Positions 1-14,642 of a stretch of DNA of 64,000 nt are shown one piece after another. Each line of letters opens with the position of its first letter. The first letter of the stretch is position 1. Position numbers and translations under genes: made by a program. Source of the DNA: Eledone cirrhosa (taxonomy: Eukaryota); contig OZ024743.1 in NCBI GenBank assembly GCA_964016885.1, forward strand, positions 101,246,001-101,310,000, given 5' to 3'. The notes below the pieces were generated by a model, which was not told where the DNA came from, made no database searches, and was given only the letters and a program-made list of their open reading frames with translations.

Positions 1-3000
1 TTCAACGTAAGATAAGCTTGGAACAACAAGAAACAGTCCCATGTCATTGCCGTACTTCAACGTGAGAAAAGCTTGGAACAACAAGAAACAGTCCCATGTC
101 ATTGCCGTACTTCAACGTGAGATAAGCTTGGAACAACAAGAAACCGTCCCATGTCATTGCCGTACTTCAACGTAAGATAAGCTTGGAACAACAAGAAACA
201 GTCCCATGTCATTGCCGTACTTCAACGTGAGATAAGCTTGGAACAACAAGAAACCGTCCTATGTCATTGCCGTACTTCAACGTGAGATAAGCTTGGAACA
301 ACAAGAAACCGTCCCATGTCATTGCCGTACTTCAACGTGAGATAAGCTTGGAACAACAAGAAACCGTCCTATGTCATTGCCGTACTTCAACGTGAGATAA
401 GCTTGGAACAACAAGAAACCGTCCTATGTCATTGCCGTACTTCAACGTGAGATAAGCTTGGAACAACAAGAAACCGTCCTATGTCATTGCCGTACTTCAA
501 CGTGAGAGAAGCTTGGAACAACAAGAAACCGTCCCATGTCATTGCCGTACTTCAACGTGAGAAAAGCTTGGGACAACAAGAAGCCGTCCTATGTCATTGC
601 CGTACTTCAACGTGAGATAAGCTTGGAACAACAAGAAACCGTCCCATGTCATTGCCGTACTTCAACGTGAGATAAGCTTGGAACAACAAGAAACCGTCCC
701 ATGTCATTGCCGTACTTCAACGTGAGATAAGCTTGGAACAACAAGAAACCGTCCCATGTCATTGCCATACTTCAACGTGAGATAAGCTTCGAACAACAAG
801 AAACCGAACTATGTCATTGCCGTACTTCAACGTGAGATAAGCTTGGAACAACAAGAAACCGTCCCATGCCATTGCCGTACTTCAACGTGAGATAAGCTTG
901 GAACAACAAGAAACCGTCCTATGTCATTGCCGTACTTCAACGTAAGATAAGCTTGGAACAACAAGAAACCGTCCCATGTCATTGCCGTACTTCAACGTGA
1001 GATAAGCTTGGAACAACAAGAAACCGTCCTATGTCATTGCTGTACTTCAACGTGAGATAAGCTTGGAACAACAAGAAACCGTCCCATGTCATTGCCGTAC
1101 TTCAACGTGAGATAAGCTTGGAACAACAAGAAACCGTCCCATGTCATTGCCGTACTTCAACGTAAGATAAGCTTGGAACAACAAGAAACCGTCCTATGTC
1201 ATTGCCGTACTTCAACGTGAGATAAGCTTGGAACAACAAGAAACCGTCCCATGTCATTGCCGTACTTCAACGTGAGAAAAGATTGGAACAACAAGAAACC
1301 GTCCTATGTCATTGCCGTACTTCAACGTGAGAGAAGCTTGGAACAACAAGAAACCGTCCCATGTCATTGCCGTACTTCAACGTGAGAAAAGATTGGAACA
1401 ACAAGAAACCGTCCTATGTCATTGCCGTACTTCAACGTGAGATAAGCTTGGAACAACAAGAAACCGTCCCATGTCATTGCCGTACTTCAACGTGAGAAAA
1501 GATTGGAACAACAAGAAACCGTCCTATGTCATTGCCGTACTTCAACGTGAGATAAGCTTGGAACAACAAGAAACCGTCCCATGTCATTGCCGTACTTCAA
1601 CGTGAGATAAGCTTGGAACAACAAGAAACCGTCCCATGTCATTGCCATACTTCAACGTGAGATAAGCTTCGAACAACAAGAAACCGAACTATGTCATTGC
1701 CGTACTTCAACGTGAGAAAAGATTGGAACAACAAGAAACGGTCCCATGTCATTGCCGTACTTCAACGTGAGATAAGCTTGGAACAGCAAGAAACCGTCCC
1801 ATGTCATTGCCGTACTTCAACGTGAGATAAGCTTGGAACAACAAGAAACCGTCCTATGTCATTGCCGTACTTCAACATGAGATAAGCTTGGAACAACAAG
1901 AAACCGTCCAATGTCATTGCCGTACTTCAACGTGAGAAAAGATTGGAACAACAAGAAACCGTCCTATGTCATTGCCGTACTTCAACGTGAGATAAGCTTG
2001 GAACAACAAGAAACCGTCCCATGTCATTGCCGTACTTCAACGTGAGAAAAGCTTGGAACAACAAGAAACCGTCCCATGTCATTGCCGTACTTCAACGTGA
2101 GAAAAGATTGGAACAACAAGAAACCGTCCTATGTCATTGCCGTACTTCAACGTGAGATAAGCTTGGAACAACAAGAAACCGTCCTATGTCATTGCCGTAC
2201 TTCAATGTGAGATAAGCTTGGAACAACAAGAAACCGTCCTATGTCATTGCCGTACTTCAACGTGAGAAAATATTGGAACAACAAGAAACCGTCCTATGTC
2301 ATTGCCGTACTTCAACGTGAGATAAGCTTGGAACAACAAGAAACCGTCCTATGTCATTGCCGTACTTCAACGTGAGATAAGCTTGGAACAACAAGAAACC
2401 GTCCTATGTCATTGCCGTACTTCAACGTGAGATAAGCTTGGAACAACAAGAAACCGTCCTATGTCATTGCCGTATTTCTATGTGAGATAAGCTTGGAACA
2501 ACAAGAAACCGTCCCATGTCATTGCCGTACTTCAACGTGAGATAAGCTTGGAACAACAAGAAACCGTCCCATGTCATTGCCGTACTTCAACGTGAGAAAA
2601 GCTTGGAACAACAAGAAACCGTCCCATGTCATTGCCGTACTTCAACGTGAGAAAAGATTGGAACAACAAGAAACCGTCCTATGTCATTGCCCTACTTCAA
2701 CGTGAGATAAGCTTGGAACAACAAGAAACCGTCCTATGTCATTGCCGTACTTCAACGTGAGATAAGCTTGGAACAACAAGAAACCGTCCCATGTCATTGC
2801 CGTACTTCAACGTGAGAAAAGATTGGAACAACAAGAAACCGTCCTATGTCATTGCCGTACTTCAACGTGAGATAAGCTTGGAACAACAAGAAACCGTCCT
2901 ATGTCATTGCCGTACTTCAATGTGAGATAAGCTTGGAACAACAAGAAACCGTCCTATGTCATTGCCGTACTTCAACGTGAGAAAAGATTGGAACAACAAG

Positions 3001-3760
3001 AAACCGTCCTATGTCATTGCCGTACTTCAACGTGAGATAAGCTTGGAACAACAAGAAACCGTCCTATGTCATTGCCGTACTTCAACGTGAGATAAGCTTG
3101 GAACAACAAGAAACCGTCCCATGTCATTGCCGTACTTCAACGTGAGAGAAGCTTGGAACAACAAGAAACCGTCCCATGTCATTGCCGTACTTCAACGTGA
3201 GAAAAGCTTGGAACAACAAGAAACCGTCCCATGTCATTGCCGTACTTCAACGTGAGATAAGCTTGGAACAACAAGAAACCGTCCTATGTCATTGCCGTAC
3301 TTCAACGTGAGATAAGCTTAGAACAGCAAGAAACCGTCCTATGTCATTGCCGTACTTCAACGTGAGATAAGCTTTGAACAACAAGAAACCGTCCTATGTC
3401 ATTGCCGTACTTCAACGTGAGATAAGCTTGGAACAACAAGAAACCGTCCTATGTCATTGCCGTACTTCAACGTGAGATAAGCTTGGAACAACAAGAAACC
3501 GTCCTATGTCATTGCCGTACTTCAACGTGCGAGAAGCTTGGAACAACAAGAAACCGACTTATGTCATTGCCGTACTTCAACGTGAGAGAAGCTTGGAACA
3601 ACAAGAAACCGTCCTATGTCATTGCCGTACTTCAACGTGAGATAAGCTTGGAACAACAAGAAACCGTCCTATGCCATTGCCGTACTTCAACGTGAGATAA
3701 GCTTGGAACAACAAGAAACCGTCCTATGTCAAAGCCGTACTTCAACGTGAGAGAAGCTTG
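1..3760. repeat. 55-bp tandem satellite, 68 full copies plus a partial one (continues beyond the window start)
   Basis: Unit TTCAACGTGAGATAAGCTTGGAACAACAAGAAACCGTCCTATGTCATTGCCGTAC. It is still in phase at 3741 (68x55) and differs only by substitutions. Confidence 0.97.
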
Positions 3761-3894
3761 TGGTGAATTGTTTAGAAAGTGTCTTTTGTTATACGGAATT
3801 TTATTTGGTCTCTTGTTTCCTTTCATATTTTAATGGCTGGAAATGGCGTTAGCAAAATATTCTTGAAAATACGAAATAGAATTATGACTACATC

Positions 3895-4011
3895 CAGACC
3901 TGTCAACCTCCGGGAAGAACCATGAAAAAAAGTGGCCCGAAACGGGGAGATTTGAGGTAAAATGGGGAGATTTTACAGAATGAAAGCTATACCTATTTTC
4001 ACAGAAGACAT
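3895..4011 (+). mobile_element. Left end of a hAT-like MITE (same family as 40986-41180), truncated
   Basis: Starts CAGACCTGTCAAC and shares AAACGGGGAGA..AAAATGGGGAGATTTTACA..ATGAAAG..ATACC.ATTTTCACA..GAAGACATC with 41020-41118. Confidence 0.6.
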
Positions 4012-4017
4012 CGCAGT

Positions 4018-4123
4018 GCTGGTGGTGGTGGTGGTGGTGGTAGTGGTGGTGGTGGTGAAGGTGGTGGTGGTGGTGATGATGGTGGTAGTAGTGGTGTTGT
4101 TGTTGTTGTTGGTGGTGGTGGTG

Positions 4124-4155
<32 letters not shown>

Positions 4156-4180
4156 GATGATGGTGATAGTAGTGGTGGTG

Positions 4181-4212
<32 letters not shown>

Positions 4213-4860
4213 GATGATGGTGGTAGTAGTGGTGTTGTTGTTGTTGTTGTTGGTGGTGGTGGCTGTGGTGGTGGTGATGGTGGTGGTAGTGTTGGTGGTG
4301 GTGGTGGTGGTGGTGGTATTGGTGGTGGGGTGGTGGTGTTGGTGGTGGGGTGGTAGTGGTGGTGATGATGGTGGTAATGGTTGTGAGGATGATGATGATG
4401 ATGATGATGGTGATGATGATCACAACTATCACCATCATCATCATCACTATCACCATCACCACCAACACGGTGGTGATGTTGATGATGAGGGTGATGGTGG
4501 TGATGAGGATGATGGTGATGCTGATGGTTGTGAGGATGATGATGATGATGATGGTGATGATGATCACAACTATCACCATCATCATCATCACTATCACCAT
4601 CACCACCAACACGGTGGTGATGTTGGTGATGATGATGATGGTGATGATGATAGTGATGATGGTGATAGTGATGGTTGTGATGGTGATGGTTGTGATGGTG
4701 ATGGTGGTGATGATAGTGATGGAGATGGTGATAGTGACGGTGATGATGATGGTGGTGGGTCATGGCAGTGGCGGTGGAAGCGCTGGTGGTTGTAGTGGTG
4801 GTGGTGAGGGCGGTGGCAATGGTTGTGGTGTTGGTGGTGGTGGTGGTGATTGCGATGACG
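4018..4860. repeat. Compound trinucleotide low-complexity block (GGT/GTT/GAT/CAT) with internal duplications
   Basis: Direct reading. It generates spurious poly-V/H/D/P ORFs. Confidence 0.95.
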
Positions 4861-4861
4861 A

Positions 4862-6800
4862 CAACAACATGTCTGGGACTTTAGCAATTTGGGGGGCCTC
4901 TATCATCCAAGAGTGGGGAACAGAATCGAAAGCTTTCCTGTAGTCCAGACAGACTGTAGCCATATTCCTCCTAAGGTGTCGCGCCTCCAACATCGCAGTT
5001 TTGTTGATTAGGAGTTGTTCAGCACATCCCCAAACCCCTTTCTTACCAGCTGCTTGTTCATCTGTGATGATGTTATTATTTTCACAGTGATCTTGGAGGA
5101 ATAGGTTCAGGCAGGCTGTATACATCTTATACATCAGGTTCTGGCATGCAGTCGGTCGGTAGTTTTTTGCCAAGTGGGTGTCTTTGTTCTTGGGAACCAG
5201 TATGTTTGTGCTAATGTCAACCATTCTGATATAAGTGTATCTCACTTAAGAACTTGTTGGCAGAGGTCAGTTAGATACCTCCGATAGAATATAAGTTTTT
5301 TTGTACCAGTAGCCGACAATCATGTCTCTTCCTGGTGTTTTCTTATCTTGGAGTTTTCCTATCACAGTTTCAAGGGTACCCTCACTTATTTCGTATGTTT
5401 TTGTTGTAGTGTAGGAGCAATAGTTCTTTCGGATTTCTCTTAGCCACACTGCATCTTGGTTGAAATTCTTCTTTTCACCCCATATTTTGCTCCAAAAGGA
5501 ATCTATGTCTTTCTGGGATGGGGCCTCAGTGACACTTATTATTTTGCCCTTCTTATCTCTATAGACTGATGTTTGGTTTCGTCTGAATCTTTTATTAAAC
5601 ACTTTTCTCTCATCTACCTTCTTCAGGTATCGGCGTTTTTCGCTAACAGCTCTCAATTCTTGTTTGAGGGTGATCAGCTTATATTGGAGAGTTCTGGTTC
5701 TACTGTTACCAAACATCGTCTCTATTTTATTTTTCACTCTTTGTTGGTGAGGAGTGAGGTTTTTTGTGTTTGTTTGCATGTAAGGAGCATTGTCACATAT
5801 CCTATGTTTTTTCGTAGGTCAGCAATCTTTTTTTCTATTTTAGTTATATATGATGGTATTTTTGGTGGTGTTTTGTTCTTGTTAATATCTCTGCTATCAC
5901 CAAGATAATGCTTCACTGTCGTTGCTAAGGCATATAAACAGGCGTTGATTTGCCAAATATTGGGGTTTTTATCCGTCGTAAATGTTCATCCCCTCTTTCG
6001 TCAATAACACGTAGTATTTCATTATTTGGTTTTTTATTAAACATTGTCGTTTTAATACGTTCAGCAAGAGAGATATATATACATGAGTTAATTTCTCTCT
6101 GGAAGATTTCGTTGAGGGAAAATTTCAATTGTTTCTATTTTTGATTATTATCATTATCGGTAGTATTTTCCACAACAGTCGAGGTAGACTCGGATGGTAC
6201 ACGTGGTGTCAAATTTCTTTGATTATTATTATTATTTCTTCGATTATTATTATTATCGATAGTGTTTTCCCCTGCATTCGAGGTAGACTTAGATGGTACA
6301 GGTGGTGTCAAGTTTCTTACAGGCATAACTGTTTCAAGGCACTGTTCGACCTGGCTGCTAGGAAGTCTAGTACCATGGCGACCTGTAGCACGTGTTGTTG
6401 ATAACATGTTTGTTGTGGGGGACTTACAATTAATAATATTTATCTTATTTTTACGTTCAACAAACGTCGCTTGCTGGCGTAATTGTTTCGCTGTGAAATA
6501 ATTTAGCTCTGGGTGTATTTCGTCCCAGTGTAGCTTCATTCTGTTCATATAGCCAATGGAGGGATTGTTTTATGCCATTTTATAACAATTAAATAAATCA
6601 TTATTAAGTTTGCAACTCCAAGAGAAATGCGATTTATAATTTCGGTTTCTTCTGTAGCTACAACTGAATAAAGTTTGTTTACCTTCCTTGTTATTTGTCT
6701 TCGGTACTTCCTTAATTTTGTTGTTGATGTTGTGTTCAGCCATGCTGTTTGTAGCAAATCCTTGTAAAATGAATTATGTATTTAGTCGGATATCTCTACG
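4862..6800 (-). mobile_element. Decayed R4/Dong-like non-LTR retrotransposon (N-terminus to mid-RT), frameshifted
   Basis: ORF pieces MKLHWDEIHPELNYFTAKQLRQQA, FWSKIW..NFNQDAVWL, KTPGRD, NYRPTACQNLMYK, EQAAGKKG..EQLLINK and LDYRKAFDSVPHSW are typical of R4-clade RT proteins. Confidence 0.8.
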
Positions 6801-7204
6801 AATTCGAATAAAAGGTGTCTTCAGAAGATATAGTTAGAAGAATAACCAGTTATTCAACATGACTGTAGTTGTGGCATTACTGTCGGTGATAGTATTCATC
6901 TTAAATTTAATAAATAGTCTCCCACGCCAAAATATGCGACTGGTCGCGTTGACTGTATGTATGTATGTATGTATGTATGTATGTATGTATGTATGTATGT
7001 ATGTATGTATGTATGTATGTATGTATGTATGTATGTGTGCATGTATGTATGTATATATGTATGGATAGATGTATGTATGTATGTACGTATGTATGTATGT
7101 GTGTATGTATGTATGTTTGTATGTATGTATGGATGGATAGATGGATGTATGTATGGATGTATGGATGGGTGGATGGATGTTTGAGTATATATATATATCT
7201 ATAT

Positions 7205-7715
<511 letters not shown>

Positions 7716-7789
7716 TACATAAAAAATGAGAAACTTCATCACTAGAACAACCGTTAAAACAGGTAAATGGTAAAAGACAGCATTGGGCA

Positions 7790-8100
7790 AAAATGCCTCA
7801 GAGGACAGAGACCAGTGCATAGTGGTCAACAGAGAGACGATCCACAAGGTGGGTGATAGGCAGATGATATATGTCTCAATGAACAGAGACGAGTGGCCAG
7901 TGGTCAACAGAGAGACGATCCACAAAGTGGGTGATAGGCAGATGATATATGTCTCAATGAACAGAGACGAGCGGCTAGTGGTCAACAGAGAGACGATCCA
8001 CAAGGTGGGTGACTAGCAGTTGATATATGTCTCAGTAGACAGATACCAGTGGCCAGTGGTCAACAGAGAGACGATCCACAAGGCGGGTGACAGGCAGATG
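7790..8100. repeat. 78-bp tandem repeat, about 4 copies
   Basis: AGTGGTCAACAGAGAGACGATCCACAA recurs at 7821, 7899, 7977 and about 8054. Confidence 0.9.
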
Positions 8101-8509
8101 AAATATAGAAAAGATTGAAAGAGGAGGACGACAAGAAGCGTGTTGGCACACAGAAATAAAGACGGCCGATGTACAAGAAAAGTTTACACACACACATCTT
8201 CATCCGCATCAGCTCTCAAACCAGCAAAATGGTTTCGCACGATTTAATTTTAAAACGTTGGACTGTGCAACAGAAAAAAATAAATCTTTCTGCTGGTATG
8301 ATGTGTGCGATGAAAGAAACAGCAGAGATAGAAGCGCGAAAGAAAAAAAGGAAAATAATGGGATAGTAGACCTGAAGTTGTGGTGTCTGTCCTAAATAGA
8401 AAGCTAATCATAGCTATGATAAAGATAAATGTTCTGATCGAGACGATGCGAGACTGTATTAGAATACATAAAAAATGAGCTACACACTTATCTAACACAC
8501 ACACACATG

Positions 8510-8580
<71 letters not shown>

Positions 8581-8584
<4 letters not shown>

Positions 8585-8736
8585 AAGTATGACCCCGACG
8601 GCAGAGCTCAAGCCTTTTCGACGGCTTGAGCACTGCCGTCGGGGTCATACTTTTTCCTATTTCCCACTCTACTACCCTAAGTATTGAGTACTCTGGTGCA
8701 TTATGGTCCATCTGGTTCCTTACTACAATTCCTTTG

Positions 8737-8740
<4 letters not shown>
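8581..8740. mobile_element. Short palindromic PLE-end fragment in (TA)n; related copies at 44455-44597 and 52650-52671
   Basis: GAAAAAGTATGACCCCGACGGCAG...CTGCCGTCGGGGTCATACTTTTTC foldback. The 44.5-kb copy shows GAAACGGC..GCTGTC (3' half of a hammerhead) on the minus strand. Confidence 0.65.
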
Positions 8741-8778
<38 letters not shown>

Positions 8779-8780
8779 TT

Positions 8781-9222
8781 ATGATTTATCTTTTGTCGTT
8801 TAGGAAGCCTCAACAATGCAGATGGGTAAAGCTCCGGGTAACAGAATCCGGTGGTGAAGAGAGAGATGTAAGGGAATGTAGAATGAGATGTATAGTGTGT
8901 AGAGGAACGTAGGAAAGAGCGTAAAAAATAAAAATAATAACACGAGATAGAGTTACCTTGGAAGATAACTCCCCCCCCCCCCCGGAAAACCTCCCAGTTG
9001 ATGGATGCGAATTCGAAATATAGGGACAATTAAATCTCTTCCAAGCTAACTCTATCTCGTGTTATTATTTTTTATTTTTTACGCCCTTTCCTACGTTCCT
9101 CTACACACTATACATCTCATTCTACATTCCCTTACATCTCTCTCTTCACCACCGGATTCTGTTACCCGGAGATTTACCCATCTGCATTGTTGAGGCTTCC
9201 TAAACGACAAAAGATAAATCAT
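8781..9222. repeat. Foldback element with about 185-bp inverted arms and a roughly 65-bp spacer
   Basis: 8781-8966 is the reverse complement of about 9033-9222 with few mismatches. Confidence 0.85.
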
Positions 9223-9384
9223 ATTATTCCACAATGCTTCAAGCAAACTTCAATACTCTCATATATATATATGTATATATAACAAGTTAAAGTATCATAG
9301 CAAATATAATATGTATGATGATAATGTTTCTCAGTAGAAGAGCTCGATAGACGTTTATCTAGAGCATCAATAATTAAAATTAAA

Positions 9385-12300
9385 AGATATATGTGTATAT
9401 ATATAGAGAGAAGATATATGTATATATAGAGAGAAGATATATGTATATATATATAGAGAGAAGATATATGTATATATATAGAGAGAGAAGATATATGTAT
9501 ATATATAGAGAGAGAAGATATATGTATATATATATAGAGAGAGAAGATATATGTATATATATAGAGAGAGAAGATATATGTATATATATATAGAGAGAAG
9601 ATATATGTATATATATATAGAGAGAGAGAAGATATATGTATATATAGAGAGAGAAGATATATGTATATATATAGAGAGAGAAGATATATGTATATATATA
9701 GAGAGAAGATATATGTATATAGAGAGAAGATATATGTATATATATATAGAGAGAAGATATGTGTATATATATAGAGAGAGAGAGAGAAGATATGTGTATA
9801 TATATAGACAGAATATATATGGATATATATAGAGAGAAGATATGTGTATATATATATATAGAGAGAGAAGATATGTGTATATATATAGAGAGAGAGAAGA
9901 TATATGTATATATATATAGAGAGAGAAGATATATGAATATATATAGAGAGAAGATATATGTATATATATATAGAGAGAGAGAAGATATGTGTATATATAT
10001 AGAGAGAGAGAAGATATATGTATATATATAGAGAGAAGATATATGTATATATATACAGAGAGAAGATATATGTATATATAGAGAGAGAAGATATATATAT
10101 ATATAGAGAGAGAGAAGATATATGTATATATATACAGAGAGAAGATATATATATATATATAGAGAGAGAGAAGATATATATATATAGAGAGAGAGAAGAT
10201 ATGTGTATATATATAGAGAGAAGATATATATTTAGAGACAAGATATATGTATATATATAGAGAGAGAAGATATATGTATATATATAGAGAGAAGATATAT
10301 GTATATATATAGAGAGAAGATATATGTATATATAGAGAGAGAGAAGATATATGTATATATATAGAGAGAAGATATATGTATATATATAGAGAGAGAAGAT
10401 ATATATATAGAGAGAGAAGATATATGTATATATATATAGAGAGAAGATATATGTATATATATAGAGAGAGAAGATATATGTATATATATAGAGAGAGAAT
10501 ATATATGTATATATATAGAGAGAGAAGATATATATATAGAGAGAGAAGATATGTGTATATATATAGAGAGAGAGAAGATATATGTATATATAGAGAGAGA
10601 AGATATGTGTATATATATATAGAGAGAGAAGATATATGTATATATACAGAGAGAAGATATGTGTATATATATAGAGAGAAGATATATGTATATATAGAGA
10701 GAGAAGATGTGTGTATATATATCGAGAGAGAGAAGATATATGGATATATAGAGAGGGAAGATATATGTATATATATATAGAGAGAGAAGATATATGTATA
10801 TATATAGAGAGAGAAGATATATATATATATAGAGAGAGAAGATATATGTATATAGAGAGAGAAGATATATATATATATAGAGAAGATATATGTATATATA
10901 TACAGAGAGAGAAGATATGTGTATATATATAGAGAGAAGATATATGTATATATAGAGAGAGAAGATATATGTATATATATAGAGAGAGAAGATATATGGA
11001 TATATATATAGAGAGAGAAGATATATGTATATATATATAGAGAGAGAAGATATATATATATAGAGAGAGAAGATATATGTATATATAGAGAGAGAAGATA
11101 TGTGTATATATATATAGAGAGAGAAGATATATGTATATATATATACAGACAGAAGATATGTGTATATATATATAGAGAGAGAAGATATATGTATATATAT
11201 AGAGAGAGAAGATGTATGTATATATATAGAGAGAAGATATGTGTATATATATAGAGAGAGAGAGAAGATGTGTGTATATATATAGAGAGAGAAGATATAT
11301 GTATATATATAGAGAGAGAGAAGATATATGTATATATATAGAGAGAGAGAGAAGATATATGTATATATAGAGAGAGAAGATATTGTATATATATATAGAG
11401 AGAGAAGATATATGGATATATATATAGAGAGAAAATATATGTATATATAGAGAGAGAGAAGATATGTGTATATATATAGAGAGAGAAGATATATGTATAT
11501 ATATATATAGAGAGAGAGAAGATATATGTATATATAGAGAGAGAAGATATATGTATATATATAGAGAGAGAGAAGATATATGTATATATAGAGAGAGAAG
11601 ATATGTGTATATATATATAGAGAGAGAGAAGATATATGTATATATATATATATAGAGAGAGAAGATATATGTATATATATAGAGAGAGAAGATATATGTA
11701 TATATATATAGAGAGAGAGAAGATATATGTATATATATAGAGAGTGAGAGAAGATATATGTATATATAGAGAGAGAAGATATAGGTATATATATAGAGAG
11801 AGAAGATATATATATATAGAGAGAGAAGATATATGTATATATATATAGAGAGAGAGAAGATATATGTATATATATAGAGAGAGAAGATATATGTATATAT
11901 ATATATAGAGAGAGAAGATATATGTATATATATAGAGAGAGAGAGAGAAGATATATGTATATATATATAGAGAGAAGATATATGTATATATATATAGAGA
12001 GAGAGAACATATGTGTATATATATATAGAGAGAGAGAAGATATATGTATATATATATAGAGAGAAGATATGTGTATATATATATAGAGAGAGAGAAGATA
12101 TGTGTATATACATAGAGAGAGAGAAGATATATGTATATATATAGAGAGAGAGAAGATATATGTATATATATAGAGAGAGAAGATATATGTATATATATAG
12201 AGAGAGAAGATATATGTATATATATAGAGAGAGAAGATATATTTATATATATAGAGAGAGAAGATATATTTATATATATAGAGAGAGAAGATATATATAT

Positions 12301-12746
12301 AGAGAGAGAGAGAAGATATATAGATATATATATAGAGAGAGAAGATATGTGTATATATATAGAGAGAGAAGATATATGTATATATATATAGAGAGAGAGA
12401 AGATATATGTATATAAATAGAGAGAGAGAAGATATATGTATATATATAGAGAGAGAGATATATATGTATATATATATAGAGAGAGAGAAGATATATGTAT
12501 ATACATAGAGAGAGAGAAGATATATGTATATATATAGAGAGAGAAGATATATGTATATATATAGAGAGTGAGAAGATATGTGTATATATATATAGAGAGA
12601 GAAGATATGTGTATATATATAGAGAGAGAGAAGATATATGTATATATATAGAGAGAGAAGATATATGTATATATATATATAGAGAGAGAGAAGATATATG
12701 TATATATAGAGAGAGAAGATATATGTATACATATAGAGAGAGAAGA

Positions 12747-12834
<88 letters not shown>

Positions 12835-12860
12835 ATAAATATATATATATATGAGAGAGA
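9385..12860. repeat. Compound (GA)n-AGAT-(AT)n minisatellite, about 30-bp variable unit
   Basis: GAGAGAAGATATATGTATATATATA repeated over 3.4 kb. It is the source of the 900-1100 aa pseudo-ORFs. Confidence 0.95.
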
Positions 12861-13176
12861 GAGAAAGTATCATGAGAGACACGTAGTCTTCTGTACTCAT
12901 ATGTAAAGCCTATAGTATTTAGAAATAAGTACATATACTTTTTTTCTAGATGATATTTGCTTTATGTACAAAATATTATGTTGCTCTAACGATATATGAC
13001 TCTTTCTCTCTATATAAGATCTTTATATATATATATATATATACATACACGCACACACACACACACGCATACATAAACTCACACACGCACACACCACACA
13101 CATATATATTATTCTTTATTATTAAATTCTATTTTGGTATTGAGTACTTATTCCCACGTCCGTCAACATCACTCGA

Positions 13177-13284
<108 letters not shown>

Positions 13285-13761
13285 GTGTGCGTGTATGTAT
13301 GTACGCGCACCAACTCATTTCCCCATCCCCTCTCTTGCAATCTCCCACCCCTTTACTCTTTCGTATTCTCACTAACATACACACATACAATTACACACAA
13401 ACATACACAAACCGTCGCATTACTACAAATCTTTAGATGTATCATATAAATGAAATATCTAATAAAAGACCAAGTCACTATGATGATAAATACGATTGCT
13501 AAAAATCTGTATATACTGTATGAGCGTATGTATATATAAGTATGTTTGTGTGTGTGTGTGAAGGAGTTTATCTGTGGGGTGGGACGAAAGCAGACGACAT
13601 GGTTTGGAAGACCTCTCTGTTAAATTTGTGACTTTCAGCGATGACAAGATGGCGCCACAGTGCACAGCTTTGACCAATAAAAATAAACAAATCAAACTGT
13701 AAATAACCAAGTGTATATGTTAAAGAAAAATTCTTATTTCAGTCCAGTTTACTTGTAAATA

Positions 13762-13889
<128 letters not shown>

Positions 13890-13919
13890 GCGCGCACATA
13901 TATATATATTTATGTATAT

Positions 13920-14330
13920 GTAGGTGAGGGTTTTTGTATACTTGTGAGTGATTGAGTGTGTCTCATCCGTAAAATAACTTCATATATATTATATTTTCTT
14001 CAACATAGACTTTTTACGTTCCACATTATGCATGCTTTTTTTTTCCTTTTTCTTTTATCTTTTCACTTCTTAAACCTTGTTTGTATATAACAATATTCTT
14101 TCTGCACCTTCTGTTTAACATGTGCGACACCACACTAATACATTTCACTATCATTTGATAATGCATATAAATGCTGAAACCGGTAATAGACAATAATTAA
14201 ATATATAAATAGATAAATAAATGCCATTGTTAAATAATAAATAAATCAACTAATACCTTAACACTTCACACAAAGTAAAACATTTCGGTTTAATCATTTT
14301 CTAATCCAGAGAAAAGAGAGAGAAACAAAA
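13920..14330 (+). mobile_element. Old PLE pLTR fragment with degenerate hammerhead (about 14148-14190)
   Basis: TTTGATAA-TGCATATAAATGCT-GAAACCGGTA resembles CTGATGA-stem II-GAAAC-palindrome-GTA with core mutations. Confidence 0.45.
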
Positions 14331-14373
14331 AATAAAATTTTTTTCTCCCTCATAATCGTCTCTTTCTCCCTGT

Positions 14374-14434
<61 letters not shown>

Positions 14435-14436
<2 letters not shown>

Positions 14437-14640
14437 AAATATAGAAGAGCTTCTACAGGACTAGAACTGTTTCATTCGTGAGAAATCATCTGGGAACTGG
14501 CTGTCCAAGTAAGTAGTGGTATTTATATCTTTTCTTTTCTGGTGGTAGGAGAGGGTGGGGATTTGGATGGGTGGAGGTCATTGGTTGAAGGATTTAAAGA
14601 AAAGGGAGTTCATTAAAAGCTAATTCTTTAAAGCTATAAA
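14435..14640 (-). mobile_element. PLE pLTR fragment with hammerhead-like motif (14448-14498, core CAGATGA)
   Basis: Reverse complement of 34455-34660. Confidence 0.7.
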
Positions 14641-14642
14641 TA

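Noticed and set aside
1-3760. CRISPR array or hammerhead array
   Set aside because: There are no unique spacers and no cas genes, and the context is eukaryotic. GAAACCGTC resembles a hammerhead 3' half but the CTGANGA core is absent.
3830-4943. His/Val/Asp/Pro-rich proteins
   Set aside because: Trinucleotide repeats open in several frames on both strands.
9219-12934. 900-1121 aa ORFs
   Set aside because: These are stop-free translations of TA/GA minisatellite (Y/I/S/L only).
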